Below are positions 1 through 12,782 of a stretch of 64,000 nucleotides of DNA, piece by piece. Made by a program: the position numbers and the translations under genes. The stretch's first letter is position 1, and each line of letters opens with the position of its first letter. Under the pieces are notes generated by a model, which saw only the letters and a program-made list of their open reading frames with translations, was not told the origin of the DNA and did not search any database. The DNA is from Podarcis melisellensis. Taxonomy: Eukaryota. The stretch is from assembly GCA_964234715.1 (NCBI GenBank), contig OZ174291.1, one strand, 5' to 3'.

Positions 1-535
1 TTATTATTTTAGAAAAGAACTAAGTCCCTATGAGTTCAATGGGATTTTTTCTCTGGAATGTTCCTGATCATTCTCAAAGTTTCTGTTGTTGTTGTTGTTT
101 CTTTTCCCCCCTGACAGGGACTCAAGGCAGCTCACAGCTACAATCTTATTCTGTTCCATTTATCTGTTGAAGGTGTTTCACATGATTCCTTCCCTCACAC
201 ATTTTTTCTTTTCAACAATCTTGCGAGGTAGATTTGGTGGAGAGGTTGTAATTGGCTCAAGGTGGCAGGTGTATATGACGCCTATCTGGGTGGGAGATCA
301 AACATGGGAGAAGCTTCCTGGTGTAGAATAGAACGTACCAATGTTCATCTGAGAAATGTTGGAGAGTATGCCATGGGGCTATATGGGCTTTTGGTCTGAA
401 CTAGCAGGCCTTTTCTCACATTTGTGAAGAGAATGCTGGGGTTGGAGAACCATAATGATGTAAAAGAGGCCAGCTAGATGAGTTGTAGCTTAGTGTTACC
501 TTGGGTAAACTATTTCTTCCAGGCTACTCTCTCCT

Positions 536-538
<3 letters not shown>

Positions 539-597
<59 letters not shown>
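539..597. repeat. (GA)n microsatellite; others at 1331-1378 (AAT), 20537-20596 (CT/GT), 36834-36888 (GA), 50959-50990 (GT)
   Basis: Directly visible. Confidence 0.95.
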
Positions 598-599
<2 letters not shown>

Positions 600-1330
600 A
601 CTCTGTCATTAACTTGATGCTGCCTTGACAGCTAAGTTGTAAGTGATAAAGATCAAGTCAACAGAGCATGATTTTGTCCCTTGTCTCTTCTCTCTCTCTT
701 TCACACATGCACACACACACACAAACACATCAAGACAAGCTGCTGATACACCGATTTGGGGAAATTAACATTAATCATTTTACATTTTGGGCAGGACAGG
801 TTTCTTACCAGTATAATTAGAGTGCTCATTCCCTTAATCGGGGTTCTGATCTCTCAAAATTAGTTTGACAGAAACAAGCAAATTAAACAGCAGGTATGTC
901 ACCATGTTTAAGCTCCAGGGCACCCCCAAACACGTGGATTGTCTGGGTTTGATTTTGTTTTGCTGAGAGTGAGAAAAGGAAATGAATGAAGAGGCAAGAT
1001 ATTTCGTGTGTGTGCTTTGCCCCCCAGTAGATGTGCCCCTCAAGATCTCCCACCCACACTATGCAAATTGGGCTTGTTTTATTTTATTTTATTTATTTAT
1101 TAAAAAATGAGTCCCTTTTATGGATGGGAGAGAAAATTGGCACAGATCACAATCAAAGGGAAGCCTACCTAAATTACATTGCTGAAACAATAAGCAAAGC
1201 ATACTCCGAAATTTGCACTTCTCTGAATTTTGCAGTGCTGTTGTAAAATTGTGTATATTGTATGTAAGTTCAGAGCAATGCTGATTAATTTTCCTGAAGG
1301 CGCTTTTTTAAATGATGATGATGTTAATTA

Positions 1331-1378
<48 letters not shown>

Positions 1379-2564
1379 TTCACAACTTTATATACAAATG
1401 TGGATAACGGAAGTTAACACTGGATAAAGGAGAGACTGAAATGGATAGCTTCACTTATCCCTAGAACTAATGAAGACTTACCCAGTGTAGACCCAGTGAA
1501 ATTGATTGATTACTCTGATGGCCCTGAGTACCTTGTCCACTTATGTCAGTATGTCTACTATGATTAAGACTTATTTGAATAAAAACCAATAATCTCCCTT
1601 CCATCATACATCTCTGTTGCTGCCACATAATACCTGTTTCACAGCTGTGAGAATTCTGGGATGTTGCCAAGAATCCTTTATTGTCCCCTATGCTCCATCA
1701 GCGCTGATACATTGTCAAGATGGATGCTCTCTCTGCCTTCCCTTATAGCTCAATCCTTAGAATGCCCAGGTAGGACTGGGGATTGTCACCTGCCTGAAAC
1801 CCTGGAGATGCCTGTCAATGTAATCAGCACTGAGCTATATGGACCCCAGTGTTCTGTCTTGGTAGAAAGCACTTTTCTACATTGGGAGCCAAGCTATGTT
1901 TCTCTGCTTCTAGAAAGATGCATTGCTGATCTCTTCAAAATGGTATCCATTGGGTATTATATCTGAATGAACTTCAACAAGGATATCTAGAGGTATCCAT
2001 GTCTTTAATGGCACATGCCAAATATTCTAAGGCAAACATAAAGCATAGAGCTGGAGAGAAGCCCGACTACTTCAATTATTTCAATTATATTTTCGTATGT
2101 TTTATTTGCATGTGTGTCAATGGGTCTTTATTCTCCTCCTACCACAAATATCAGTCTGGGTAGGCCAGCCAAGCAAAGCAAGGGGCCCTTAGGCAGACTG
2201 TTCCCACAGTCTCAAAGTTTCAAAGAAAAATGTTTATAGAAATATAGGAAGCTGCTTTAGATCAAGTCAGGCCATTGGTTCTAGCCAGGCCATTGGTTCT
2301 AGCTCGTATTGTCTATGTTGATTGGCAGTGTTGATTCAGGGTTCTGTATGGTGGTTTCTCTCAGCCCTACCTGGAAAAGTTAGGGGTTGAATCTGAGAGC
2401 TTCTGCATTCAAAGCATGTACTTGGCATTGGTGCTGGAAGATGGCACCAAATAGGGAGAGTTCTGGGAGCCAGACAGAGAGGCTGAGATGGCTACATTTG
2501 GCCCCTGAGATTTCCAGACCCTTGGTCTACACTGACCAGGAGCAACTGTCCAGGGTTTCAGAAT

Positions 2565-3185
2565 GGCAGTTAAGAAAAATGTACAAAACCGGTTCAAATT
2601 TGTGTTGGAAATGTAAGGAAAAAGAAGGGACTTTTTATCATATGTGGTAGGATTGTAGTAAAATTTTTTAAAAAATAGAGAAATGATATACAATGAGTTG
2701 AAGAAAATGTTCCAATTAACATTTGTAAAAAAAACCCTGAAGCTTTCTTGTTAGGGATTGTAGGAAAAGATCTGCCAAGGGAATTAAAAAAAAAATTCAT
2801 GTATGCGACAACGGCAGCAAGAGTCTTAATAGCACAAGGATGGAAAAATGAGGAAATCCTGCCTAAAGAACTGTGGCAAGAGAAATTGATGGGCTATGTG
2901 GAATTGGCGAAACTGACACATAAACTATGTGACAAGGATAACTGTGACTTTAAAGATGAATGGGAACCTTTTATGAAGTATTTAAAGAAACAACAAAATG
3001 AACTGGACTCCTTGGCAGGTTTTAAATAAACACTCACAAATTATTTATTGGTAACATACAGATAGATAAATTGAGGATCTTTACAATTTTATAACATGCA
3101 GAGGATAACATGTGCTGAGAAACCAGAGAGAGGAGCTGAGGGAAGTCTGTTGAAATCCCCAATAAAAAAAATATTTTTAAAAAAG
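2565..3185 (+). mobile_element. L1-clade LINE 3' fragment
   Basis: ORF2 C-terminal zinc-knuckle CWKCKEKEGTFYHMW, then YATTAARVLIAQGWK; aataaa and A-rich end. Confidence 0.8.
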
Positions 3186-3584
3186 ACAGAATGGACATTC
3201 CCATCCCTACCTGGAGATGCCAGGGATTGAACCTGGCAACCTTTTGCATGCAGAACAGGTGCTCTGCCACTGAACTATGACACCTGGAATGGTGGGACAC
3301 CAATGTTGATTCATGAAGATACATAATTGTTTCATAGCATTCGCCAGGAGGATCAGGTGATGGGGGGGGGGAGGAAAAAAAAGGACCAGAAATGCCCACA
3401 AGCCATTCTGGAAGGCGGGGGGGGGGGGAATCCACTGACAAGTTGTTAATTATTTCCCGTGCATGATGTGAGTAATAGCATTAACGAGATCTCATGACGC
3501 ATAAAAAGAAATTTGTTTGCCGCTGATTAAAGCCTCTGAGCGTCGTGGGGCGTTTCCTAACTGACACTGCTCCTGGAAAAATGG

Positions 3585-3671
3585 TATAAAAGCTCATGCC
3601 ATCCCAGGTTCTCTCTACAGCTTCACCTGACAAACCTTCTCATTCATCTCCAGCTCCTCCAAGAGACAGGT
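3585..3671 (+). promoter_or_regulatory. g1 TATA box, non-coding exon 1 and splice donor
   Basis: TATAAAA 3585-3591; cag|gtaagt donor at 3670. Same ~80-85 nt TATA-to-donor spacing as in the other eight genes. Confidence 0.8.
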
Positions 3672-5098
3672 AAGTAAGTCATCCTTAAGGGAAGGGCTGT
3701 AGCTCTGGGACAGAGTAGCTGCTGTGCTGGCAGAAGATTCCCAATTCAATCCCTGGCATCTCCAGGTAGTGATGGGAATGCCACCCTTTCTGAAACCTCA
3801 GTGAGGGCTATAGCTCAATGGTAGATCATCTGGACCAGGGGCATCTTCTTAGGTTCCATTCCTACCCTAGACTATTGTAGGGGTATTGCCAATGATCTCC
3901 TGAGGCCAGTTAATACATCTTAATGAAGCTTTTGCATAGCATGTAACTCCATTCTTTGCTGTGTTTTCGCCACTATCCTCACTGAAACACCTCAGTAAAT
4001 AGTCTGAACCTTGTATATGTTGCAAGCTTTAAGAAGAGCCTGTTGCATCAGGCAAATGGCCCATCTAGTTCAGCATTAGAGTTTTAAAATACTAATACAC
4101 ATTTATACTAAATCTCCATGGTGTATTTGTGCTACCTAGTTCCTTTGAAGTATATCTCTTAGACTTCCACACACATATCTAGCTCTTTTGAATTTCCAAC
4201 GTCTTTCAACAGTTAGCTGGGGATTTAGAATGCCACATTCTCAACATGTTTTACCCTATATGCTTGGAGAGTCTACCTATGATATAAACCTAAAACTGAT
4301 TTAGTATTTCTTCTCTCTTTGGAAACAGAGATGTAATTCTGTGTGTGAAGGGGTAGAGATTTCTTCCAAGATCCTCATCTAAATAGCAGTATTGGGAGCT
4401 GCTCTTGGACCAGGCAAATGGCCCATGTAGTTCAGCATCCTTTTCTCACACAGGCCAATCAGAGGCCTGTTGAAAGCCCATCTGTAAGATCCACATGCAA
4501 TGGCACTCTCCCCTTCTGAAGTTTCCAGCAGCTGGTATTCAGAAGCGTGATGCTTGTAACTGGTGAGGCAGAGCATAACAATCATGGGATTGGCCATTAG
4601 ATCACCTAGCTCAGAACTCCCTGCGTTTCAACCTTGTGTTTCAACCTTGAGTCCACAGTGTTTCAACCTTGGTAGTCCACAGGTGTTACCGAACTAAAAT
4701 TACGTCCCTGCCCCTTTTCCTGGTTCTTCAGATACGGCAGTCAATTTCTGATAGGTCACTTCTCCCATCCCTCCATGAGAACTATTGTCAAGAATAAAAT
4801 GTCCCTACTGGCCTCAAAAGACTGGCAACACCAGCTTTTGATCTAAGAAGTTGGGAAATAAAGTTGCTCATTACATGTTCTGGTCTATCCCTTGCTTGAT
4901 ATACTGTGCCACTGAGAATACATAGGGTGTATTCCATGTTCCATGTATTCAATGTTTTTTCCAGGTAGACCTATTTAATCAATGGACATGTCTACTCAGA
5001 TTGGTAGTTGGATGCAATCCATGGTTTTCATTGCTGTTGTGAATTACAATGTTTCTTGGCTATAATATGTGCCTGCCTATGTCTTTCCAGACTCAACC

Positions 5099-5614
5099 AT
5101 GGCTAACTGTGGACCTTCCTGCGCCGTCCCATCTTGTGCTTCCACCCCAGTCGTTGGCTTTGGATCAGCCGGTAGTCTTGGCGGTGGTCTTGGCGGTGGC
5201 CTTGGTGGCGGATTTGGCGGTGGATTTGGCTATGGTTCTGGCTATGGCTATGGCTCCGGTGCCCTGGTTGGATCCGGCGTCCCTTCTGCCAGTCTTGGTA
5301 TTCTTTCTGGAGTCCAGCCTTCATGCGTCAACCAGATCCCACCAGCAGAGGTCGTCATCCAGCCACCTGCCGCCATCGTGACCATCCCAGGACCCATCCT
5401 CTCTGCCAGTTGTGAGCCCGTGGCTGTTGGAGGCAACACCCCATGTGCTGCTGGTGGTTATGGATCCGGATTTGGCAGCGGATTTGGTGGTGGATATGGC
5501 AGAGGGCTCTATGGTGGTGCAGGTCTTCTGGGGTCTAGCTCTGGTGGTTTGGGGCGCCGTGGCCATTATGGGTTTGTGGGGCGTAGAGGCAGCATCTGCT
5601 ATACCCCATGCTAA
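5099..5614 (+). CDS. Corneous beta-protein (beta-keratin) g1, 171 aa, Gly-rich
   Basis: MANCGPSCAVPSCASTP start; core PSCVNQIPPAEVVIQPPAAIVTIPGPILSASCEP; C-terminus GRRGSICYTPC. Acceptor tctttccag ends at 5090, so ATG 5099 is the start rather than ORF start 5069. AATAAA at 6119-6124. Confidence 0.95.
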   Translation: MANCGPSCAVPSCASTPVVGFGSAGSLGGGLGGGLGGGFGGGFGYGSGYGYGSGALVGSGVPSASLGILSGVQPSCVNQIPPAEVVIQPPAAIVTIPGPILSASCEPVAVGGNTPCAAGGYGSGFGSGFGGGYGRGLYGGAGLLGSSSGGLGRRGHYGFVGRRGSICYTPC

Positions 5615-6689
5615 GCTCTCACAGTCTGTCAACAAGGAGGAAAGAAAAAGAGATCTGTGGTGGACTATTTTGGTCTGATTTTAGATATGCTGAGCACCCA
5701 AACTCTCTAGGCAATCCCAATGGGAGCTGGGAGAGTGTTCTGCATCCCTTGTAATCAGGCCCATCTAGAACATGCAGCTGTTTCCAGTTTAATTTTATCT
5801 CACTTTCCCCTGCTAGTTACTATGATATTTATTTGCCTATGTCTCTTTGAAACACACCAATTTGCATTGGGAAGAAAAGCACAAGATCCATTCCCTAACT
5901 CTATGAAATTAGCATGCAAGTGTAAATATGTGTAATTGGGACTTAATGTAAAGGAAGGTGGGAAGAATGTTCTATACATGTAGAACACCCTACTCTTCTT
6001 CCAGCCTGAAAAAATAATTCTAAAGGAGAAGCTGTTCACTGGAATGTGTTCTTTTTTGCTTTATTGTCTTCCAGTATGCCTAGTATTCACTTGAATACTT
6101 TTACTGTTTGAAATTCCCAATAAAACTTTTTCTGCATCATAGCAATGGCTTTCTGGTTTTCCTTTTATGTGGCAGCACAATGCTATACATATGTATCAAG
6201 AAATAAGTTCCTTTCAATACAGTTTAGTGCAACTTACTCAAAAGTAAGTAGGTTCAGGGTCACAACCTTAAGAACACAACACATATCCTCTTGGACTGGT
6301 TCAAGCATCCACCACCCTGTTAACAGTGCAGCAAGTATTTCCAGAACTTGCCACCTAGATATCATCAGAAGCCTTGAATGTTGGAGGAGGTGCAGGAGAT
6401 TTCACGGGGGTACTTAACAACAGAGAATATTGATAAGGCATAGAACCAATAAATCCAGAGAGAGGTATCACTGTTGTTTTAAGATGGTCTGCCCAGCAGT
6501 TGGAAGAAACTTCAAATTTGGATTTGAGGAACATTTACTGAACATTCCATTCATTTCTTAGATTCTGTAGAACAAATTGATTTACTGATACCAAATAACT
6601 ATAAAAATTGACCGCTGGTTTTTTTTAGTCTCAAAGGATTTAACCAATTGTTCTAGTACCTCTGGTGTCTTAGATGCTAGGAAGGCTGC

Positions 6690-7130
6690 CAAAGGCCTGA
6701 GAGAAGAGGAATGTTCTTGCCTGGCACTTAAAGATCTGTAATGAAGGCATCTATTGAACCTCCTTGGGGAGAGCAGTCCAAAAACAGAGAACCACAAAAG
6801 AGAATGACCATTTTCTTGTTGCTGTCCTTCAGACCTCTCATGGAGGAGGTACCTGAAGAAGGGTCTCAAATGGTGATCACATGGACTGGGTCAGTTCATA
6901 TGGGCAGAGGTGGTCCTTGAGATATTGCAGTCCTAAGCCATTTAAGGCTTTATTGGGTCAGGAAACTAATTAGCAGCCTGTGGAGTCAGGCAAGGATTGG
7001 TGTTATATGCTCAAACTGTCCTGCCCCAGTGAGCAACCCAGCCACCAAATTCTGCACCAGCCGATGCTTCTGAACTGTTTTCAGAGGCAGCTTCACATAC
7101 AATGCATTGCAGAAATCTCACCTAGTGGTA
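6690..7130 (-). mobile_element. Old L2-like LINE fragment
   Basis: Degenerate similarity to the L2 3' region at 62034-62468 (for example taaggcttta and gcattgcag motifs). Confidence 0.45.
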
Positions 7131-8068
7131 AAGGCAACAGAGGTTAGGCCAATGATGGCCAAACTTGGCCCTCCAGGTTTGGGACTACCATTCCCATCAT
7201 CCCTGACCACTGGTTCTGTTAGCTAGGAATCATAGGAGTTGTAGTCCCAAAACAGCTGGAGGGCCAGGTTTGGGCATCACTGTGTTAGGCTATCATTGTT
7301 CAGATAGATGCACAGCTGGGTCACCAGCCTAATCTTATGGAAGGCACTCCATGCCACCAAGGCCAACAGAACCTCAAGTGACAGCAGTGGAACCAGAAGG
7401 ACCCTCCAAGCTACGTGTCTGTTCCTTCGGGGGCTATGTAACCTCATCAAGAGCAGGCCACCTCCCATCTATCCAGTCTACGGACCACCCACTAACTGTA
7501 CCTCAGTCTTATCTGGACTGAGCTTCAGTTTGTTGGCTCTCATCCAGTCCATTACCAAGGAAGAAAACTGCCCAGCACATCCACTGACAAGCCTTGAGAT
7601 ATAAAAGAGAAGTAGAGCTGTGTGTCATCAGCATTTAGCATATTCGGCGTCGTGGTGAAAGGCTCCCCCTGGCACCCACCCCCATTGTTGACCTTTGTTG
7701 GGGGGAGGACAGCGCTGCCGGCGTGGCTGGAGGAGGCGGGCAGGGGCTGGAGGGCAGCTGATGACATACTCCAAAACTCCAGGTAACCCCCTCAGCAGTT
7801 TCATGTGGATATGAAACAGCATGAGGCATAAAATCAAACCCTTCATGGACCTCACAGAGCCAAAGAGCACTCCCCAAGCATCAGCTACTGGAAGCCTAAG
7901 TAGGACAGGAACCACTGCAGAACAGTGCCACTCACACTTAACTTAGGCTGGATCTAGACACATCAAAGAAGCGTTTCCGTGAAATGTGTTGCAAACTTTG
8001 CATGAGAAATTGGGTTGGCAAAAACAGGACTCCACAGCGCCATTTGGTGTCACAGTGTTAGAATGCAT

Positions 8069-8300
8069 TGTTGTTGTTTAGTCGTTTAGTCGTGTCCGAC
8101 TCTTCGTGACCTCATGGACCAGAGCACGCCAGGCACTCCTGTCTCCCACTGCCTCCCGCAGCTTGGTCAGACTCATGTTGGTAGCTTCGAAAACACTGTC
8201 CCACCATCTCGTCCTCTGTCGTCCTCTTCTCCTTGTGCCCTCAAACTTTCCCAACATCAGGGTCTTTTCCAGGGAGTCTTCTCTTCTCATGAGGTGGCCA
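8069..8300 (-). mobile_element. BovB (RTE) LINE 3' fragment
   Basis: GHLMRREDSLEKTLMLGKFEGTRRRGRQRTRW...VTKSRTRLND; (CAA)n tail. Confidence 0.9.
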
Positions 8301-8419
8301 TACATAATAAGACAATGACCTATCCCCCACAACAGCATATGAATCAACAGCAGTTTTCATGACACATGAAGGAAGATAATGACATGATAAAATTCAAAAC
8401 AGTAACTATTAATTACGTA

Positions 8420-8767
8420 AAGGTAAATATAACCTGACCATTAGGTCCAGTCGTGACCGACTCTGGTGTTGCGGCACTCATCTCACTTTATTGGCCGAGG
8501 GAGCCAGCGTAAAGCTTCCGGGTCATGTGGCCAGCATGACTAAGCCGCTGCTGGCGAACCAGAGCAGCGCACGAAACGCCGTTTACCTTCCCGCCAGAGC
8601 GGTACCTATTTATCTACTTGCACTTTGATGTGCTTTCGAACTGCTAGGGTGGCAGGAGCAGGGACCGAGCAACGGGAGCTCACCCCATCATGGGGATTCA
8701 AACTGCCGACCTTCTGATCAGCAAGTCCTAGGCTCTGTGGTTTAACCCACAGCGCCACCCGCGTCCC
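8420..8767 (-). mobile_element. Sauria SINE (Squam1), full length
   Basis: tRNA-derived head GGGACGCGGGTGGCGCTGTGGG and ACCTTT tail; TSD attaattac(g/a)ta at 8408-8419 and 8769-8780. Confidence 0.9.
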
Positions 8768-10190
8768 AATTAATTACATAGCTATATGGAAAATGCATCT
8801 GGAAGACAAAATGTATTGAGGAGGTAGTGATCTGACATGGAGCCATTCCTGCCTCTGTTCCTTCCCCCTCCCTCACTCTTGTTAAGTTTTTTGATGGTGT
8901 GAGAACAGTATTTAATGTCCTAAAAATGTTGGGAGGAGGTGACCCCTCCCCAAATGCCTTAATCAGTTGGGAGGATAATGCTGGGTACCTTCTTTGATGT
9001 TGAACATTGTTTTGAGGAAGTTAGGCATTGGGAGGGGGTGGCTATCTATAAAATCGGATGGTTTGGGCAGAGGTTTTTTTTTTGTAGCTCATGCATGGAC
9101 TGATTGGCCGCAGAGCCGTGCAAACTGAGGCTACTTGGAAGAGTCACTTCGCCGCTTCTTGAGGGCTTCCAAGTGGCAGATTGAAGTGCGTGCTTGCTGT
9201 TTTAGAACAAAATCTTTTAATCTTCTCACTCACTTGTGTAGTTTGCATTGCTTCTGAATCTCATTTTAAAAGAACCACCTTGCCTTTGGCAAGACAACAG
9301 CCTTTCAAAATCCTATTAAAACTATTTAGTTTAATTAATTCAACAACATTTATGAACTTGATCTAGGGATACCAGCTTTTTACAACCTGGTAATTACATC
9401 TCCAATGCCCCTCTGCTACCTGCTTGCCTTTTAGCACCTCCTTGGATTACCCCACTGCCTCCCTTGGGGTGATTCCACTCACTTTGGGAGTTATTGCTTT
9501 AGCATTGCAAGTTAGTAATTCTAACACTTGGAACAAAGAGACGGGATGTTTGTGTTTGGCTTTCTAGGGATGCAACTTTGGAATATATGAAAGTGTACTG
9601 TGGCCTGTGTGAGAACTGGTCAAGCCTGGGACCACCTACCCAACCTCCATCTTACTTGCCTGAGGCTGCAATCCTAACCCTGCTTACCTGGCAGTAAGCC
9701 CCATTGAATTCAATAGAACTTAGACTGATTTGGTTAGGGCTGTGCTGTAATTGGGACCATGGTAGACAAAGGATGTGAAAGCTGTGGTCCTCCAGCTATT
9801 GAACAACTACATATAGTACCCACCAGTCCCAGCAAGTATGTCTGTTGGTCCGGGTGCCAAACCAAGAGAGTTGATTCAGAATGAACTTTAATGGAAATAT
9901 GAAAAGTGTCAAGCAGGCAATTGTAAAAGAAGCAGGACAGGAACAAGGCAAAGGCACACAGTATACAATGTGGCTTTCAACTTCTTCTTGGTCTGGAGGC
10001 TTTCGGGACACATAGTGGGAAAGCAGGAGAAAGGAAAGATGGCAGAGACTCGTGTAAATGCTGTTGGCTTAGATGACGGTCCCAGAAATTCAGATTTTCC
10101 AGACTCCAAGGTGAGACGCTCAATAATGGATAGGCATTCAGGGTCATTCAAATCATCACCACACAGATTTTCTTCACAAGTTCAATAGGC

Positions 10191-10310
10191 CTAAAAGCAC
10201 ACACTGCCACGATGCCCCTGCAGAGCCCTCCTTCCAAAGAGCCCACCCCTTCTCAGACTATAGCCCCAAGAGCTTCCAAGGAGGCCATCCCCATAGCCCC
10301 ACCCACCATG
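10191..10310 (-). pseudogene. Orphan CBP C-terminal tail (displaced original 3' end of g2)
   Basis: Translates HGGWGYGDGLLGSSWGYSLRRGGLFGRRALQGHRGSVCF*, homologous to the g7 tail. Followed by a g7-like 3'UTR and ATTAAA at 9887-9892. No core box or start codon. Confidence 0.85.
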
Positions 10311-11373
10311 GTCAGGTTACATTTACCTTTACGTAATTAATAGTTACTGTTTTGAATTTTATCATGTCATTATCTTCCTTCATGCGTCATGAAAACTGCT
10401 GTTGATTTATATGCTGTTCTGGGGGATAGGTCATTGTCATATTATGCCATGTATGTATGGCCACCTCATGAGAAGAGATGTTTCCCCCTATTGCTGAGCA
10501 GACCATCTTAAAACAACAGTGATACCTCTCTCTGGATTTTTGCTTCTTAGCCTTATCAATATTCTCTGTTGTTAAGTACCCCCGTGATATCTCTTTCACC
10601 TCCTCCAACATTCAAGGCTTCTGATGATATCTAGGTGGCAAGTTCTGGAAATACTTGCTGCACTGTTAACAGGGTGGTGGATGCTTGAACCAGTCCAAGA
10701 GGATATGTGTTATGTTCTTAAGGTTGTGACCCTGAACCGACTTACTTTTGAGTAAGTTGCATTGAACTGTATTGAAAGGAACTTATTTCTTGGTAGATGT
10801 GTATAGGATTGTGCTGCCACATAAAGGGAAAACCAGAAAGCCAGTGCTATGATGCAGAAAAAGTTTTATTGGGAATTTCAAACAGTAAAAGTATTCAAGT
10901 GAATACTAAGCATACTGTAAGCCAATAAAGCAAAAAAGAACACACTCCAGTGAACAGCTTCTCCTTTAGAATTATTTTTCAGGCTGGAGGAAGAGTAGGG
11001 TGTTCTACATGTATAGAACATTCTTTCCACCTTCCTTTACATTAAGTCCCAATTACACATATTTACACTTGCATGCTAATTTCATAGAGATAGGGAATGG
11101 ATCTTGTGCTTTTCTTCCCAATGCGAATTGGTGTGTTTCAAAGAGACATAGGCAAATAAATATCATAGTAACTAGCAGGGGAAAGTGAGATAAAATTAAA
11201 CGGGAAACAGCTGCATGTTCTAGATGGGCCTGATTTCAAGGGATGCAGGACACTCTCCCAGCTCCCATTGGGATTGCCTAGGGAGTCTGGGTGCTCAGCA
11301 TATCTAAAATCAGACCGAAATAGTCCACCGCAGATCTCTTTTTCTTTCCTCCTTGTTGACAGACCGTGAGAGC

Positions 11374-11862
11374 TTAGCATGGGGTATAGCAGATGCTGCC
11401 TCTACGCCCCACAAACCCATAATGGCCACGGCCCCCCAAACCACCAGAGCTAGACCCCAGAAGACCTGCACCACCATAGAGCCCTCTGCCAAATCCGCTG
11501 CCAAATCCGGATCCATAACCACCAGCGGCACATGGGGTGTTGCCTCCGACAGACACAGGCTCACAACTGGCAGAGAGGATGGGTCCTGGGATGGTCAGGA
11601 CGGCAGGAGGTGGCTGGATCACAACCTCTGCTGGTGGGATCTGGTTGACGCATGATGGGGCAACTCCTGCCAGGACTCCGAGGTTGGTTGCTCTTTCAGC
11701 ACCTCCATAACCATAGCCGAGACCTCCGTAGCCATAGCCGAGACCTCCGTATCCGTAGCCAAGACCTCCATACCCATAGCCAAGACCTCTTGCTGATCCA
11801 AACCCAACAGTGGGAGTGGAAGCACAGGATGGGACAGCACAGGATGGACCACAGTCAGCCAT
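11374..11862 (-). CDS. Corneous beta-protein g2, 162 aa (type-B 5' part fused to g1-type 3' part)
   Basis: MADCGPSC start, GYGYGGL repeats and CBP core; C-terminus nearly identical to g1. Acceptor ggtttcag at 11881-11882; polyA signal at 10865-10870. Confidence 0.95.
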   Translation of the reverse strand: MADCGPSCAVPSCASTPTVGFGSARGLGYGYGGLGYGYGGLGYGYGGLGYGYGGAERATNLGVLAGVAPSCVNQIPPAEVVIQPPPAVLTIPGPILSASCEPVSVGGNTPCAAGGYGSGFGSGFGRGLYGGAGLLGSSSGGLGGRGHYGFVGRRGSICYTPC

Positions 11863-12731
11863 TGTTGTGTAGAGGTGAGTCTGAAACCAAGAAGACCATG
11901 GGACAAAATGAACATGTGGAATGCCACTTCAATGGGGAATGCAGGGGACATTTGAATCAGCTGCCTTTGACAGCTCTAACACTATGCCCTAATGCTTGGA
12001 TTCTTTATTGTCTTCTCTTTCTTTCACCACAGCCCTTCTCTTCATTGTGGGTCCCAAATCCAAATACTGGCAGCTCCAGGAATGTCTGAGAATGTCATCT
12101 ATCTGAAACTCTGGAGAATAGTTTCCAGTCAGTGAGGACAATACTGAACTAGGAGGTCCAATGGTCTGTCTTGGTAAAAAGCAACTCCCTAAGTTTCTAT
12201 TTAAACCAGACCTTTAGATGGAACAATGAATGCAGGAAACTTTTTTTCTTTCCTAGAGGAAGGGCCATTACTCACTGGCAGAACATATGTTTTGCATTCG
12301 ATCCCTAGAATCTGCAGGTTGGGCTAGGAATGAATGAACCCTGGAGAGCCTCAGACGATCAGAGAGGACAATACTGAACTACATGGATGAATTGTAAGGC
12401 AGCTTCCTATATTATTACTTTCTTCATCTGCCAAATCTTCCATGAAGAACAAATGTATATTAGCCTATGCAATAAATACTGTACTTCCCTTATGCTGACT
12501 TCTGTTATTTATCTTCCTGACTGAATTTTTGCTAAGGTTACATTGCTGGGGAAATATGAAAAACATTCCGTGGAATGCTGTCTTGTGTCTCAAGCCCAAT
12601 GCATGGAGAGTCATGAATGCTAAATTTGTACTTTACAATGAGGAAAGCTGGATTTGCACAACTTGTGATAGAATAAGACTCTCTCACCAGGAAAACAAAA
12701 ATGTCTAGTTTTAAAAGAATGCTATAAGATG

Positions 12732-12734
<3 letters not shown>

Positions 12735-12782
<48 letters not shown>

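Noticed and set aside
5049-5678. Alternative-frame and antisense ORFs over each CBP gene (also near 11.6k, 23k, 29.6k, 36k, 44.3k, 50.2k, 55.5k)
   Set aside because: By-products of repetitive Gly/Tyr codons and paralogy; no independent promoter or splice support.
8069-8300. BovB as evidence of a new horizontal transfer or contamination
   Set aside because: BovB is a well-known resident of squamate genomes.
11700-11790. 21-nt periodic repeats as a CRISPR-like or satellite array
   Set aside because: These are coding GGLGYGY repeats of the CBP N-terminal domain, with no unique spacers.
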